A DNA stretch of 64,000 bases, from assembly GCA_041651095.1 (NCBI GenBank), contig JBAZJV010000002.1, positions 107,621 to 171,620 of the forward strand, read 5' to 3'. A program made the translations under genes and the position numbers. The notes below the pieces were generated by a model that was not told where the DNA came from, made no database searches, and saw only the letters and a list, made by a program, of their open reading frames with translations. Positions 49,698 through 57,875 of this stretch are shown piece after piece (the stretch's first letter is position 1; each line of letters opens with the position of its first letter). This stretch comes from Patescibacteria group bacterium (GTDB lineage: Bacteria > Patescibacteriota > Patescibacteriia > Patescibacteriales > UBA12465).

Positions 49698-49816
49698 AAA
49701 GCCATTTTAAGTCTAAACTAGCGTGGACTTAAAATAAAAAAAATTACTAAAAATAGAATATATTTGGCTAAAATTAAATATTTTATCTTTAAATCAAATA
49801 CTTAAGTCTACTATAT

Positions 49817-49845
49817 TTGACCCTGATATGACAAAGTGCTATAAT
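49817..49845 (+). promoter_or_regulatory. Near-consensus sigma70 promoter with no ORF downstream.
   Basis: TTGACC (49817-49822), a 17-nt spacer and TATAAT (49840-49845). Confidence 0.65.
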
Positions 49846-49851
49846 AGGAGT

Positions 49852-50177
49852 AGGTTCTTTTACTAACTCTTGTCTAATTGCCAACGCTGACGTGGCAAGG
49901 ATATACGGAGCAGATTAATCATCGTGCTAAAAGAATAAAATTTGATAAGAACCAAAAAGAAACTCTTACTAAATTTCATTCAAAATTAGCAAAATTTATA
50001 AAAAAACCATATTAATCCTGCAAAGAGTTGGTAGAACGTACTCTTCAAGTCAGCCAAGAGTCTAAATATCCCCAATAAAAACAAAATATTCAATTATCGG
50101 GGATGAGGCTCATGCGGCGCCTATTATTTATTTATCTTTATTTTAATAAAGAGGGGCCCGACATGGGCCTCTTTTTA
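49852..50177 (+). ncRNA. Candidate non-coding RNA of unknown class, about 325 nt, delimited by a promoter and an intrinsic terminator.
   Basis: The transcription start is predicted about 7 nt after the TATAAT box. The terminator is agagg(gg)ccc-gacat-gggcctctttttatt at 50150-50177. There is no ORF of 60 aa or more and no SD-ATG pair. Internal hairpins are present, for example ttgcca-acgctgacg-tggcaa. ychF has its own promoter further downstream (TTGGCA-17-TATACT, about 50198-50226). Confidence 0.45.
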
Positions 50178-50247
50178 TTCCGTAAAAACAGCAAAATTTG
50201 GCAAAAAACTAATTCTCGGCTATACTCGGAAACGTAAACTAATCATT

Positions 50248-51312
50248 ATGGCTCTATCTATCGGTATCGTCGGCCTGCCTAACGTCGGGAAATCCACCTT
50301 ATTTAACGTCCTGACCAAAAAGGGCGTAGAGGCGGCCAATTATCCGTTCTGCACCATTGATCCGAACGTGGGAGTAGTCAAAGTCCCTGATTTTCGTTTG
50401 GAGAAGCTAGCCGCTATTTCCAAGCCGGCCAAAATCATTCCGACGACCATAGAATTCGTGGATATTGCCGGATTGGTCGCCGGGGCGCATAAGGGAGAGG
50501 GTCTTGGTAATCAATTTTTAGCTCATATTAGGGAATGTAATGCTATATGCGAAGTTGTTCGGGATTTTAAGGATCCAAACGTCATCCATGTTGATGGACG
50601 GGTAGATCCGGCTGGCGACAAAGAAACTATAAACATGGAGCTTATCTTTGCTGATCTGGCTACCATAGAAAAGCGCCTGGATAAAACCAGGCGGGAAGCT
50701 AAAAGCGGCGATAAAGAGATAATTAATAATACTCGAATATTAGAGAAAATATACGCACAATTAGCGGCCGGGAAAGCCGTGCGCGATCTGTCTTTTGAAG
50801 AAGATGAGCTAATATTCGTAAAATCTCTAAATTTATTAACCATCAAGCCTATTATTTATCTTCTAAATATCGATGAAAGCCATAGCGGCGATGTTCTGCC
50901 GGGAACTAATGATTTAGTAATCAAAATTAACGTAAAATTAGAAGAAGAAATCGCTAGCTTACCCGAGGCGGAGCAAGCGGAATATATCAAAGAATTAGGG
51001 CTGGAACAAAGCGGCCTGGATAAGCTTATTAAAAGTGCCTATCAGATTCTTGGCCTGGAAACCTTTTTTACGACCGGACCGGACGAAACCCGGGCCTGGA
51101 CCATTAAGAAAGGCACGAAAGCGCCGCAAGCGGCCGGCGAGATCCATACCGACTTTATCAAAGGCTTTGTCCGGGCCGAAGTGATCAACTGGCAAAAATT
51201 CGTGGAAGCGAGCAGCGAAGCCAAAGCTAAAGAGCTTGGCTGGATAAGGACGGAGGGAAAAGAATATATCTTCCAGGATGGTGATGTCGCCAATTTTTTG
51301 ATCAATAAATAA
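50248..51312 (+). CDS. ychF: Ribosome-binding ATPase YchF.
   Basis: Evidence includes IGIVGLPNVGKSTLFNVLT, FCTIDPNVG, DIAGLV and the C-terminal TGS-like segment RTEGKEYIFQDGDV. Confidence 0.95.
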   Translation: MALSIGIVGLPNVGKSTLFNVLTKKGVEAANYPFCTIDPNVGVVKVPDFRLEKLAAISKPAKIIPTTIEFVDIAGLVAGAHKGEGLGNQFLAHIRECNAICEVVRDFKDPNVIHVDGRVDPAGDKETINMELIFADLATIEKRLDKTRREAKSGDKEIINNTRILEKIYAQLAAGKAVRDLSFEEDELIFVKSLNLLTIKPIIYLLNIDESHSGDVLPGTNDLVIKINVKLEEEIASLPEAEQAEYIKELGLEQSGLDKLIKSAYQILGLETFFTTGPDETRAWTIKKGTKAPQAAGEIHTDFIKGFVRAEVINWQKFVEASSEAKAKELGWIRTEGKEYIFQDGDVANFLINK

Positions 51313-51335
51313 AATCGCTAGCCGGAATCAATAAC

Positions 51336-51362
51336 TAAAAAGGAGCCGAACGGCTCTTTTTG
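51336..51362. terminator. Bidirectional terminator between ychF and the convergent methyltransferase gene.
   Basis: The hairpin is aaaaaggagccg-aa-cggctcttttt. Confidence 0.65.
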
Positions 51363-51383
51363 TTATAGCTTATATCGAAGAGG

Positions 51384-52565
51384 CTAATCCTTCTCTAAAA
51401 CCACTATTTCACGATAAACTTTCTGCCCGGGCCGGCCGTAGATTATCGTCGTTCGGTCTGATTTTTTGATAAACGGACTGCGGCGCAACTCTTCCGGCAC
51501 CATATCCAGCATCTTGAACCCTTGGATATTCGGATGTAGCGGCCGTTCGCCGTAATAGATCGGCCAGACCATGACGACCCGGCCGCCCGGTTTCAGGATT
51601 TTATGGAATTCCTGCAGGGCGCTAGAATATAATGCTTCCAAATTCTTGATGACCGCCGCGAATTCCAACCGGCCGCGCTGCGGACCAAGATACGGCTCGG
51701 TAATCACGGCGTCTATAGACTCGCTTTTGATGAACTTGGACAAATTTTCCGCTTTCTTGGTAAACAGTTTCAGTTGGAAACTATCCAACTTGTATAATTC
51801 TTTCAGCCAAGCGATATTTTTATGCGTATCGTTAATAGCCTTCGGCGACATATCGGAACCGAATAAATGCTGGTAACCCAGCAAGGCTGCTTCGCTTAAA
51901 ATAGTGCCGGAACCGCAGAAAGGGTCGATAATTACGGCGTTTTCCGGTACTTGCGCCAAGTTGATCATGATCTGCGCTAATTTCGGCGGCAACATGCCGG
52001 ATAAATCATCGCGGGCGGGACGGCCGTAATCGCGCAATGACAAATCCTTGAACGGCTGGACGGCGAGCGTCTCGCCGATCAGCAGCTGGCCATTATCCGC
52101 AGTCAGGACAATCTCTATGCCGCGCGTTAATAATTTATTCTGGGTGACGACTACGCTGGATAAAGTCTTCTCGCGGCTGGTCACGAAACGGGAGCTGACG
52201 CCGCGGCCGCTGAAATACTGTTTCAACGATAAGCCAAGATTCTTCTTGTCGACCGCCGTCTGCCCATAATCGGAAAAACCGAAATTGAATTTGCCACTAC
52301 CACTATTAGCCTGTTTAGTCCCAGCTAGATCCTGGATTATCGCCGCCAGCCGGCTCCGGTCAGACGCCGGAACTTCGGCCACGATACGGCCGACCTTGAT
52401 AATGCCGCCTAATCTCTTGATGATCTCTGCGGCTTGGAAATCCTGATCGTTTTCCGCCACTAAAAAATCAGCCGCTAAGAGCCGGGCGGCGCGCAACGGC
52501 AAAACCGCCGTGAGTTCGGCGGCTGATAGGGCAGTGTTGGTTCCGAGGACGAAAAAATAGGTCAT
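51384..52565 (-). CDS. Putative RNA (guanine-N2-type) methyltransferase of the UPF0020/Trm11-like family.
   Basis: The SAM motif is IIDPFCGSGTILSEAALLG and the catalytic motif is AVITEPYLGP (D/N-PPY-like), preceded by an N-terminal THUMP-like region. I set the start to the ATG at 52565 (MTYFFVLG). Confidence 0.6.
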   Translation of the reverse strand: MTYFFVLGTNTALSAAELTAVLPLRAARLLAADFLVAENDQDFQAAEIIKRLGGIIKVGRIVAEVPASDRSRLAAIIQDLAGTKQANSGSGKFNFGFSDYGQTAVDKKNLGLSLKQYFSGRGVSSRFVTSREKTLSSVVVTQNKLLTRGIEIVLTADNGQLLIGETLAVQPFKDLSLRDYGRPARDDLSGMLPPKLAQIMINLAQVPENAVIIDPFCGSGTILSEAALLGYQHLFGSDMSPKAINDTHKNIAWLKELYKLDSFQLKLFTKKAENLSKFIKSESIDAVITEPYLGPQRGRLEFAAVIKNLEALYSSALQEFHKILKPGGRVVMVWPIYYGERPLHPNIQGFKMLDMVPEELRRSPFIKKSDRTTIIYGRPGQKVYREIVVLEKD

Positions 52566-52878
52566 ATCATCATAATATCTTAATCGAAGACGGCTGGCAA
52601 TCAAGCCGGCGGTGCTCCGGACCAGGCTAAAAACGCTCGCCTTGCAATTTATAAATCTTTGTGTTAAATTAGAACCGACAAACTAAAATATTTACTAATA
52701 TCTTTCCCACATCTTGGCTGATGTCAAGATAATTTCGTTAATATCAGGCGAAATTAAAGGTATTCTTCAACCCCAAAGGCTTAGGAATACTTGGGGATTT
52801 TATTTAATCAGCGGCGAGCCGAGGAAAATTTTATAAAAAATTAAAATATTCTTCAGCCTCGGTCCGTTATAATCAATT

Positions 52879-53388
52879 ATGTCAAAAACCAAAACTACCG
52901 GGACGACCCATTACGAGATTTTATTCATCATCCCCAACAAATTCACGGATGACGAGGCCAAGACTTTAGCCGGCCAGGTCGAAAAGACCCTGGCCGACAA
53001 TGGCGCGCAAATCACCAAGCGTGAATATTGGGGCAAGAAGCGCCTGGCGTATGAAATAAAGCATAACGCTTTTGGGTACTACGGCCTGTTTGAATTTGAT
53101 CTAGAAGGAGCTAACTTGGCCAAGATCGATTCCGTCCTGCGTTTGTCCGCCAACGTCCTTCGCCACCAGATCGTCGTCAAGAAACAGAAGAGCGAAGCCG
53201 AGCTGGCCAAGGAAAGCAAGATCAGGGCGAAGATCGATTCTAAAAAAGCCGAGGCTGAAAAGAAACAAGAAGAAAAAGCTAAGAACGCGTCCGCTTCCGC
53301 TGAACCCAAGGCCAAAGACCAGCGGGTGAATCTGAAGGATTTGGATGAGAAGCTGGAAGGCATCTTGAATGCCGACGATTTAATTTAA
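52879..53388 (+). CDS. rpsF: 30S ribosomal protein S6 with a K/E-rich C-terminal extension.
   Basis: Evidence is YEILFIIPNKFTDDEAKTLAGQVEKTL...KREYWGKKRLAYEIKHNAFGYYGLFEF. Confidence 0.92.
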   Translation: MSKTKTTGTTHYEILFIIPNKFTDDEAKTLAGQVEKTLADNGAQITKREYWGKKRLAYEIKHNAFGYYGLFEFDLEGANLAKIDSVLRLSANVLRHQIVVKKQKSEAELAKESKIRAKIDSKKAEAEKKQEEKAKNASASAEPKAKDQRVNLKDLDEKLEGILNADDLI

Positions 53389-53427
53389 TCATAGAGGACC
53401 GGCTGAGCCCGGACCTCTCTCAAACAT

Positions 53428-53883
53428 ATGAATCTAAACAAAGCCATGATCATCGGGAATCTTACCCGGGATCCGGAGCTGCGGAATACCCCCAGCGGCC
53501 AGAGCGTTGTTTCTTTCTCGGTGGCGACCAATCTGGTCTGGACCGACCAGAGCGGCCAGCAGCAGAAAAAGACCGAATTCCATAACATCATCGCCTGGCG
53601 CAAGCTGGCGGAAATCTGCGCCAAATATCTGCACAAGGGTTCAAAGGTCTACATTGAAGGACGCCTGCAGACGACCGACTGGACCGGCCAGGACGGCGTC
53701 AAGCGCTACCGGACGGAAATCGTCGCGGAAAACATGATCATGCTGGACAATAAGGGCGGCAGTAATTTCGGCGGCGGACAGTCCGGCGGACAGTCCGGCG
53801 GACAGGCCAGCGAACCGACCATCGAAATTCCGGAAGAACCATCGGATGAAGAAGAAATCCGCGTGGAAAATATTCCCTTCTAA
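53428..53883 (+). CDS. ssb: Single-stranded DNA-binding protein.
   Basis: The OB fold begins MNLNKAMIIGNLTRDPELRNTPSGQSVVSFSVATN. A Gly-rich linker follows, and the acidic tail ends in IPF. Confidence 0.95.
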   Translation: MNLNKAMIIGNLTRDPELRNTPSGQSVVSFSVATNLVWTDQSGQQQKKTEFHNIIAWRKLAEICAKYLHKGSKVYIEGRLQTTDWTGQDGVKRYRTEIVAENMIMLDNKGGSNFGGGQSGGQSGGQASEPTIEIPEEPSDEEEIRVENIPF

Positions 53884-53900
53884 CATAAATCACTAAAACT

Positions 53901-54113
53901 ATGAATAACAAAAAAGTTAAAGAGTGTTATTATTGCGTTAATAACCTGGACGTCGACTACAAAGATACGCGCAACCTGCGCCGCTTCGTCAATTTCTACA
54001 TGAAGATCCTGCCGAGCGCCCGCACCGGCGTCTGCGCCTGGCATCAGCGCAAACTGGCGGCCGCCATCAAGCGCGCCCGCGTCATGGCTCTTTTGGGCGC
54101 CACCCATAAATAA
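53901..54113 (+). CDS. rpsR: 30S ribosomal protein S18.
   Basis: Evidence is [47 protein letters not shown]. Confidence 0.93.
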   Translation: MNNKKVKECYYCVNNLDVDYKDTRNLRRFVNFYMKILPSARTGVCAWHQRKLAAAIKRARVMALLGATHK

Positions 54114-54134
54114 TCTCCGGTAAGCTGCAAAACT

Positions 54135-54695
54135 ATGCTAAATTTCAACGAGATCAAGACCGGCCGGGTCATCAAGCTTAATAATGAGCCGTTTATCATC
54201 ATCAAGACCGACCATCATAAGATGGGCCGCGGCGGCGCCGTCCTGAAAGTCAAATGCCGCAATCTGATCAATGGTAATATCCTGGAACGGACTTACCAGG
54301 GTGCGGAAAAGGCCGAAGAGGCCGAAACGGAAACCAAGAAAGCCAATTTCATGTACAAGGATAAGGAACAGGCCTATTTCATGGATAACGCCAGCTATGA
54401 GCAATTCGACCTGCCCCTAGAGGAGATCGGCGAACCGGCTCAGTTCCTGAAAGAAGGAGTAGATGTCGACGTGTTATATTTCGAAAGCCGGCCAGTTTCC
54501 GTCAGCCTGCCGATAAAGATGGAATTCAAGGTGGTCAGCGCTCCGCCCAGCGTCAAAGGCAACTCCGCCGGCAACGTCAATAAGCAGGTGGAGATAGAGA
54601 CCGGCGCCACCATCAGCGTGCCTTTATTCATCAATGAAGGCGATATCATCAGAATAAATACCGACACCGGCGAATACGTCGAACGCGCCAATTAA
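54135..54695 (+). CDS. efp: Elongation factor P.
   Basis: It is 186 aa with the KOW-like N-terminus FIIIKTDHHKMGRGGAVLKVKCRNL and the segment SAPPSVKGNSAG. Confidence 0.93.
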   Translation: MLNFNEIKTGRVIKLNNEPFIIIKTDHHKMGRGGAVLKVKCRNLINGNILERTYQGAEKAEEAETETKKANFMYKDKEQAYFMDNASYEQFDLPLEEIGEPAQFLKEGVDVDVLYFESRPVSVSLPIKMEFKVVSAPPSVKGNSAGNVNKQVEIETGATISVPLFINEGDIIRINTDTGEYVERAN

Positions 54696-54700
54696 CTTTT

Positions 54701-54735
54701 ACCGCTCCGCCCGACTGCGGAGCGGTTTTTGTTTT
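54701..54735 (+). terminator. Intrinsic terminator after efp.
   Basis: The hairpin is accgctccgc-ccgact-gcggagcggtttttgtttt. Confidence 0.8.
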
Positions 54736-54767
54736 GCCGGGCAGGATGATATAATGACAATAAATAT

Positions 54768-56180
54768 ATGACTTATTTCTGGATAATCGCGGCCGCCCTC
54801 ATTTTCCTGATTATCGCCGTCAGACGCCTGGATTGGGCGGTTTTAATTATCATCGCCGGCCTGCCGAGCTACCTTGTCCGCTTTCGCCTCTTCGGCCTGC
54901 CGCTCACTTTTCTGGAAACGATGATCCTACTGGCTTTTGCCGCCTGGTTTTTACGAGCTTTCCTGCCGGACTGGCGCAACATTATCAAACGCCGCGCCGA
55001 CCGGCAAAAATATCCGTATGCCTGGGAAATAATCTTAGTGATTATCCTATCTTTTATCGCCGCCGGAATCAGCGGCTTCAGCGCCGGGGCTTTAGGCATT
55101 TGGAAAGCTTATTTCTTCGAACCGATTCTATTCTTTATCTTGCTCTTGAACGTCTTCAAGGATAAAAGCGGAATAATAAAAATTTTCTGGGCTCTCCTGG
55201 TTTCGGCTTTGGCGGTTTCCGGTTTCGCTATTTTCCAAAAGATCACCGGCCTATATATCGATAACCCTTTCTGGGCGGCGGCGGCCACGCGGCGCGCTGT
55301 TTCTTTCTTCGGCTATCCGAACGCCATCGGGCTTTATCTGGGCCCGATCATCATGTTGCTTATCGGCTGGCTGTTTTCCTTGCCTTGTGAAAAATGGACG
55401 GAACGCATCGGAGAGAAGTTAATCATCAGCCTGGGCATTATCGGCTCGCTGCTGGCTATTTATGCCGCCCGCTCGGAGGGCGCGCTGATCGGTTTAGCCG
55501 CGGCTCTATTGGCTTTCGGCCTCCTGGCCGGCCGAAAACAATTGATCGCCACCCTGATCTTCTTGGCTGTCGTTATCGGCGGCCTGCTCTGGTCGGCGCC
55601 AACGCGTGATTTCGTCCTGACCAAGCTGACGCTGCATGATCTTTCCGGCCAGATCCGCCGCCAGCAATGGAAAGAAACTGGACAAATGCTATCCGATAAC
55701 GGACGTTACCTTACCGGCGCCGGCTTGGATAATTACCAAGCCGCGATCAAGCCCTACCATCAGGAAGGAATCTTCTTCAATAGCGACGATTTGCCGAACT
55801 TCGACGCCGTAGTCTGGGCCAGCTCCACCCTGCAGAAAAAATACTGGCAGCCGGTAGAAATATATCTTTATCCCCACAACATCTTCCTGAATTTCTGGAG
55901 TGAGCTGGGCTTGTTCGGCTTATTGCTCTTCGTCTGGCTAATCGCCAAATACTTATTCACGGCCGTCCGGCTCAATTATAATCTGGCCAACCCCCTCCAG
56001 CCGGATAAATACCTGGCTCTCGGTTTGGCAACGGCGATGATCGCGATCATCACCCACGGCCTGGTCGACGTACCCTACTTCAAGAATGACCTCTCTGTAA
56101 TGTTCTGGTTATTCTTTGCCCTGCTGGGCATCCTTAATTTCCGCTATCGCCGCACCGGGGAAAATAATCGGCTTAATTAA
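54768..56180 (+). CDS. O-antigen ligase (Wzy_C)-like polytopic membrane protein, the second copy in the window.
   Basis: It has about 12 TM helices, the segment YAARSEGALIGLAAALLAFGL, and a large loop with LTGAGLDNYQ, as in the WaaL/O-antigen ligase family. Confidence 0.7.
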   Translation: MTYFWIIAAALIFLIIAVRRLDWAVLIIIAGLPSYLVRFRLFGLPLTFLETMILLAFAAWFLRAFLPDWRNIIKRRADRQKYPYAWEIILVIILSFIAAGISGFSAGALGIWKAYFFEPILFFILLLNVFKDKSGIIKIFWALLVSALAVSGFAIFQKITGLYIDNPFWAAAATRRAVSFFGYPNAIGLYLGPIIMLLIGWLFSLPCEKWTERIGEKLIISLGIIGSLLAIYAARSEGALIGLAAALLAFGLLAGRKQLIATLIFLAVVIGGLLWSAPTRDFVLTKLTLHDLSGQIRRQQWKETGQMLSDNGRYLTGAGLDNYQAAIKPYHQEGIFFNSDDLPNFDAVVWASSTLQKKYWQPVEIYLYPHNIFLNFWSELGLFGLLLFVWLIAKYLFTAVRLNYNLANPLQPDKYLALGLATAMIAIITHGLVDVPYFKNDLSVMFWLFFALLGILNFRYRRTGENNRLN

Positions 56181-56181
56181 T

Positions 56182-56889
56182 ATGCGGCTCATCCTGCAAA
56201 AAATAATCGCCCAGAGCGGCTATACTTCGCGGCGCAAAGCCGAAGCGCTGGTTAGAAACGGCCGCGTGAAAGTAGACGGCCGCGTGGCCACCATCGGCGA
56301 AACGGCCGATCCTGAGCAAGCGACCATCACCATTAACGGCAAGCTGCTCAATGCCCCGGCCAGACGCATTTATATTAAATTGAATAAACCGACCGGTTAT
56401 ACCTGCACGAACCGGGAATTCGTCGGTGAAAAAAATATTTTCCAATTAGCCAAAGTTCAGGAGAGGCTGTTCGCAGTCGGCCGGCTGGATAAGGATAGTC
56501 GCGGATTAGTGCTCCTGACTAATGACGGCGCTCTGGCCCAACGCTTGAGCCATCCCCGATTCCAGCATGACAAAGTATATGAAGCCCGAGTAAAAGAAAA
56601 ACTGGCAAGACCGGAAGCAGTGGCGGCTAAATTGAAACAAGGCGTGGATATCGGCGAAGGCGACGGCGTAGTGAAGGCTAAAAATGTCCAATATTTACAA
56701 AATAATCTTTTTATAATAACCTTAAACGAGGGCAAGAAGCGGCAGATCCGGCGCATGTTCCAGGTCCTGGGTCTGGTGGTCGTCGATTTGAAACGCATCA
56801 AACTGGCCGGGCTGGAATTGGGCAATCTTAAAGAAGGGGCCTGGGCCAATTTAACGCCGGCGGAAATAAAAAAACTGTCAATTAATTAA
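56182..56889 (+). CDS. Pseudouridine synthase of the RsuA/RluB family with an N-terminal S4 domain.
   Basis: The S4 segment is LQKIIAQSGYTSRRKAEALVRNGRVKVDG. The catalytic segment is GRLDKDSRGLVLLTNDG, and GKKRQIRRM is also present. I set the start to the ATG at 56182. Confidence 0.9.
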   Translation: MRLILQKIIAQSGYTSRRKAEALVRNGRVKVDGRVATIGETADPEQATITINGKLLNAPARRIYIKLNKPTGYTCTNREFVGEKNIFQLAKVQERLFAVGRLDKDSRGLVLLTNDGALAQRLSHPRFQHDKVYEARVKEKLARPEAVAAKLKQGVDIGEGDGVVKAKNVQYLQNNLFIITLNEGKKRQIRRMFQVLGLVVVDLKRIKLAGLELGNLKEGAWANLTPAEIKKLSIN

Positions 56890-56893
56890 ATCT

Positions 56894-57208
56894 ATGGATA
56901 ACAACAAATTATTCTGGCGGGGCGCCTTGGACGCGCTCGGCACCGTGGCTTACGTGGCTCTGGTATCGCTCGTCATGAACAACGCCGAACGGTTCTTCGG
57001 CACGACGAAGACGGTCGTCGGGCCGATCGCCTTCCTCTTGCTCTTCGTTTTTTCCGCATTAGTAACCGGCGGCCTGATCTTAGGCAAACCGCTGATGATG
57101 TATCTAGACGGGCAGAAAAAAGAAAGCGTCAAGCTGCTGCTTTACACCGGCGCCAACTTGTTGGTCTTGCTGATCTTGGCTTTCGCAGTCCTGATATTAA
57201 AAAGATAG
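56894..57208 (+). CDS. Small membrane protein (104 aa, 3 TM), hypothetical.
   Basis: This hydrophobic ORF starts 4 nt after the preceding stop. Confidence 0.5.
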   Translation: MDNNKLFWRGALDALGTVAYVALVSLVMNNAERFFGTTKTVVGPIAFLLLFVFSALVTGGLILGKPLMMYLDGQKKESVKLLLYTGANLLVLLILAFAVLILKR

Positions 57209-57221
57209 GTACAATAAAATA

Positions 57222-57308
57222 GGAGAGGTGACTGAGTGGTTGAAAGTACCGCTCTCGAAAAGCGGCAAGGGTGAAAGCCCTTCGAGGGTTCGAATCCCTC
57301 CCTCTCCG
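57222..57308 (+). tRNA. tRNA-Ser (anticodon CGA).
   Basis: The acceptor is GGAGAGG/CCTCTCC and the anticodon stem is CCGCT/AGCGG with loop CTCGAAA. There is a long variable arm (aaggg-tgaaag-ccctt), and the T arm is GAGGG-TTCGAAT-CCCTC. Confidence 0.92.
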
Positions 57309-57396
57309 CAGATTAAAACAGTTCTAATATTAGAGCTGTTTTTTAGTAGAGAGATTGAACTTTGAAACGGTTAGTGCTAATGTTAATATAAATATG
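57296..57396 (+). repeat. Copy A of a roughly 100-bp module made of the tRNA-Ser 3' end, a terminator hairpin, a promoter-like block and a start codon.
   Basis: The sequence is CCTCTCCGCAGATTAAAA, a hairpin (cagttcta..tagagctg), TTTTT, GATTGAACTTTGAAACGG..GTGCTAATGTTAATATAA and ATG. Compare copy B. Confidence 0.7.
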
Positions 57397-57732
57397 AAAA
57401 TCCAAAAAAAATCACATGAAACTTTTATGCGTGAGGACGCCCATGGTGGTAGCGGCGGACGGAAATTATTATTAGCCGATAATGAAGTTAAAAACGTGCA
57501 AGGCATGACTTATGGATTCTTGCCGGCCGGTGCTAAATTTTCTTGGCATGCGCACGAAAAAATGAACGAAGTGATGCTTGTTCTAAAAGGACAAGGAACA
57601 GTGCAAGATGAAGATGGTATATATCCTTATTCAGCCGGAGATGTTTTTGTATTTCCGCAAGGCATTTCTCATGAAATCGAAAATATATCTAAAGAAGAAC
57701 ACGAATATATTTTTGTACGCATTTACGAATAG
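57394..57732 (+). CDS. Cupin domain protein (112 aa).
   Basis: Evidence is FSWHAHEKMNEVMLVLKGQG and VFVFPQGISHEIEN. I set the start to the ATG at 57394 (MKIQKK). Confidence 0.7.
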   Translation: MKIQKKSHETFMREDAHGGSGGRKLLLADNEVKNVQGMTYGFLPAGAKFSWHAHEKMNEVMLVLKGQGTVQDEDGIYPYSAGDVFVFPQGISHEIENISKEEHEYIFVRIYE

Positions 57733-57765
57733 AAACTAATGCTGGAAGTGATAACCGTTCCCAGT

Positions 57766-57875
57766 GCGCCTTCCTCCGCAGATTTAAAATAGCCCTAAAC
57801 ACGGGCTATTTTTAATAGGAAGAATTGAACTTTGCAACGGGCGGTGTTAAGATTAAGATAATTATTATATTTATG
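57766..57875 (+). repeat. Copy B of the module (a degenerate tRNA-Ser 3' end, a terminator hairpin, a promoter-like block and a start codon).
   Basis: The sequence is CTTCCTCCGCAGATTTAAAA, a hairpin (atagccc..gggctat), TTTTT, GAATTGAACTTTGCAACGG..GTGTTAAGATTAAGATAA and ATG. It is collinear with copy A, and the hairpins differ in sequence but keep their pairing. Confidence 0.7.

Noticed and set aside
49852-50177. Whether the orphan transcript is tmRNA, RNase P RNA, SRP/4.5S RNA or 6S RNA.
   Set aside because: I found none of the hallmarks: no tRNA-like acceptor/T-arm with an ACCA end, no tag ORF, no GAGGAAAGUCC or P4 motifs, and no SRP domain IV GGAA/AGCA symmetric loop. A 6S identity cannot be excluded by eye, so I left the class unassigned.
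50103-50240. A 45-aa ORF (MRLMRRLLFIYLYFNKEGPDMGLF...) inside the candidate ncRNA region.
   Set aside because: It has no usable SD. It reads straight through the intrinsic terminator and the ychF promoter, so translation is unlikely.
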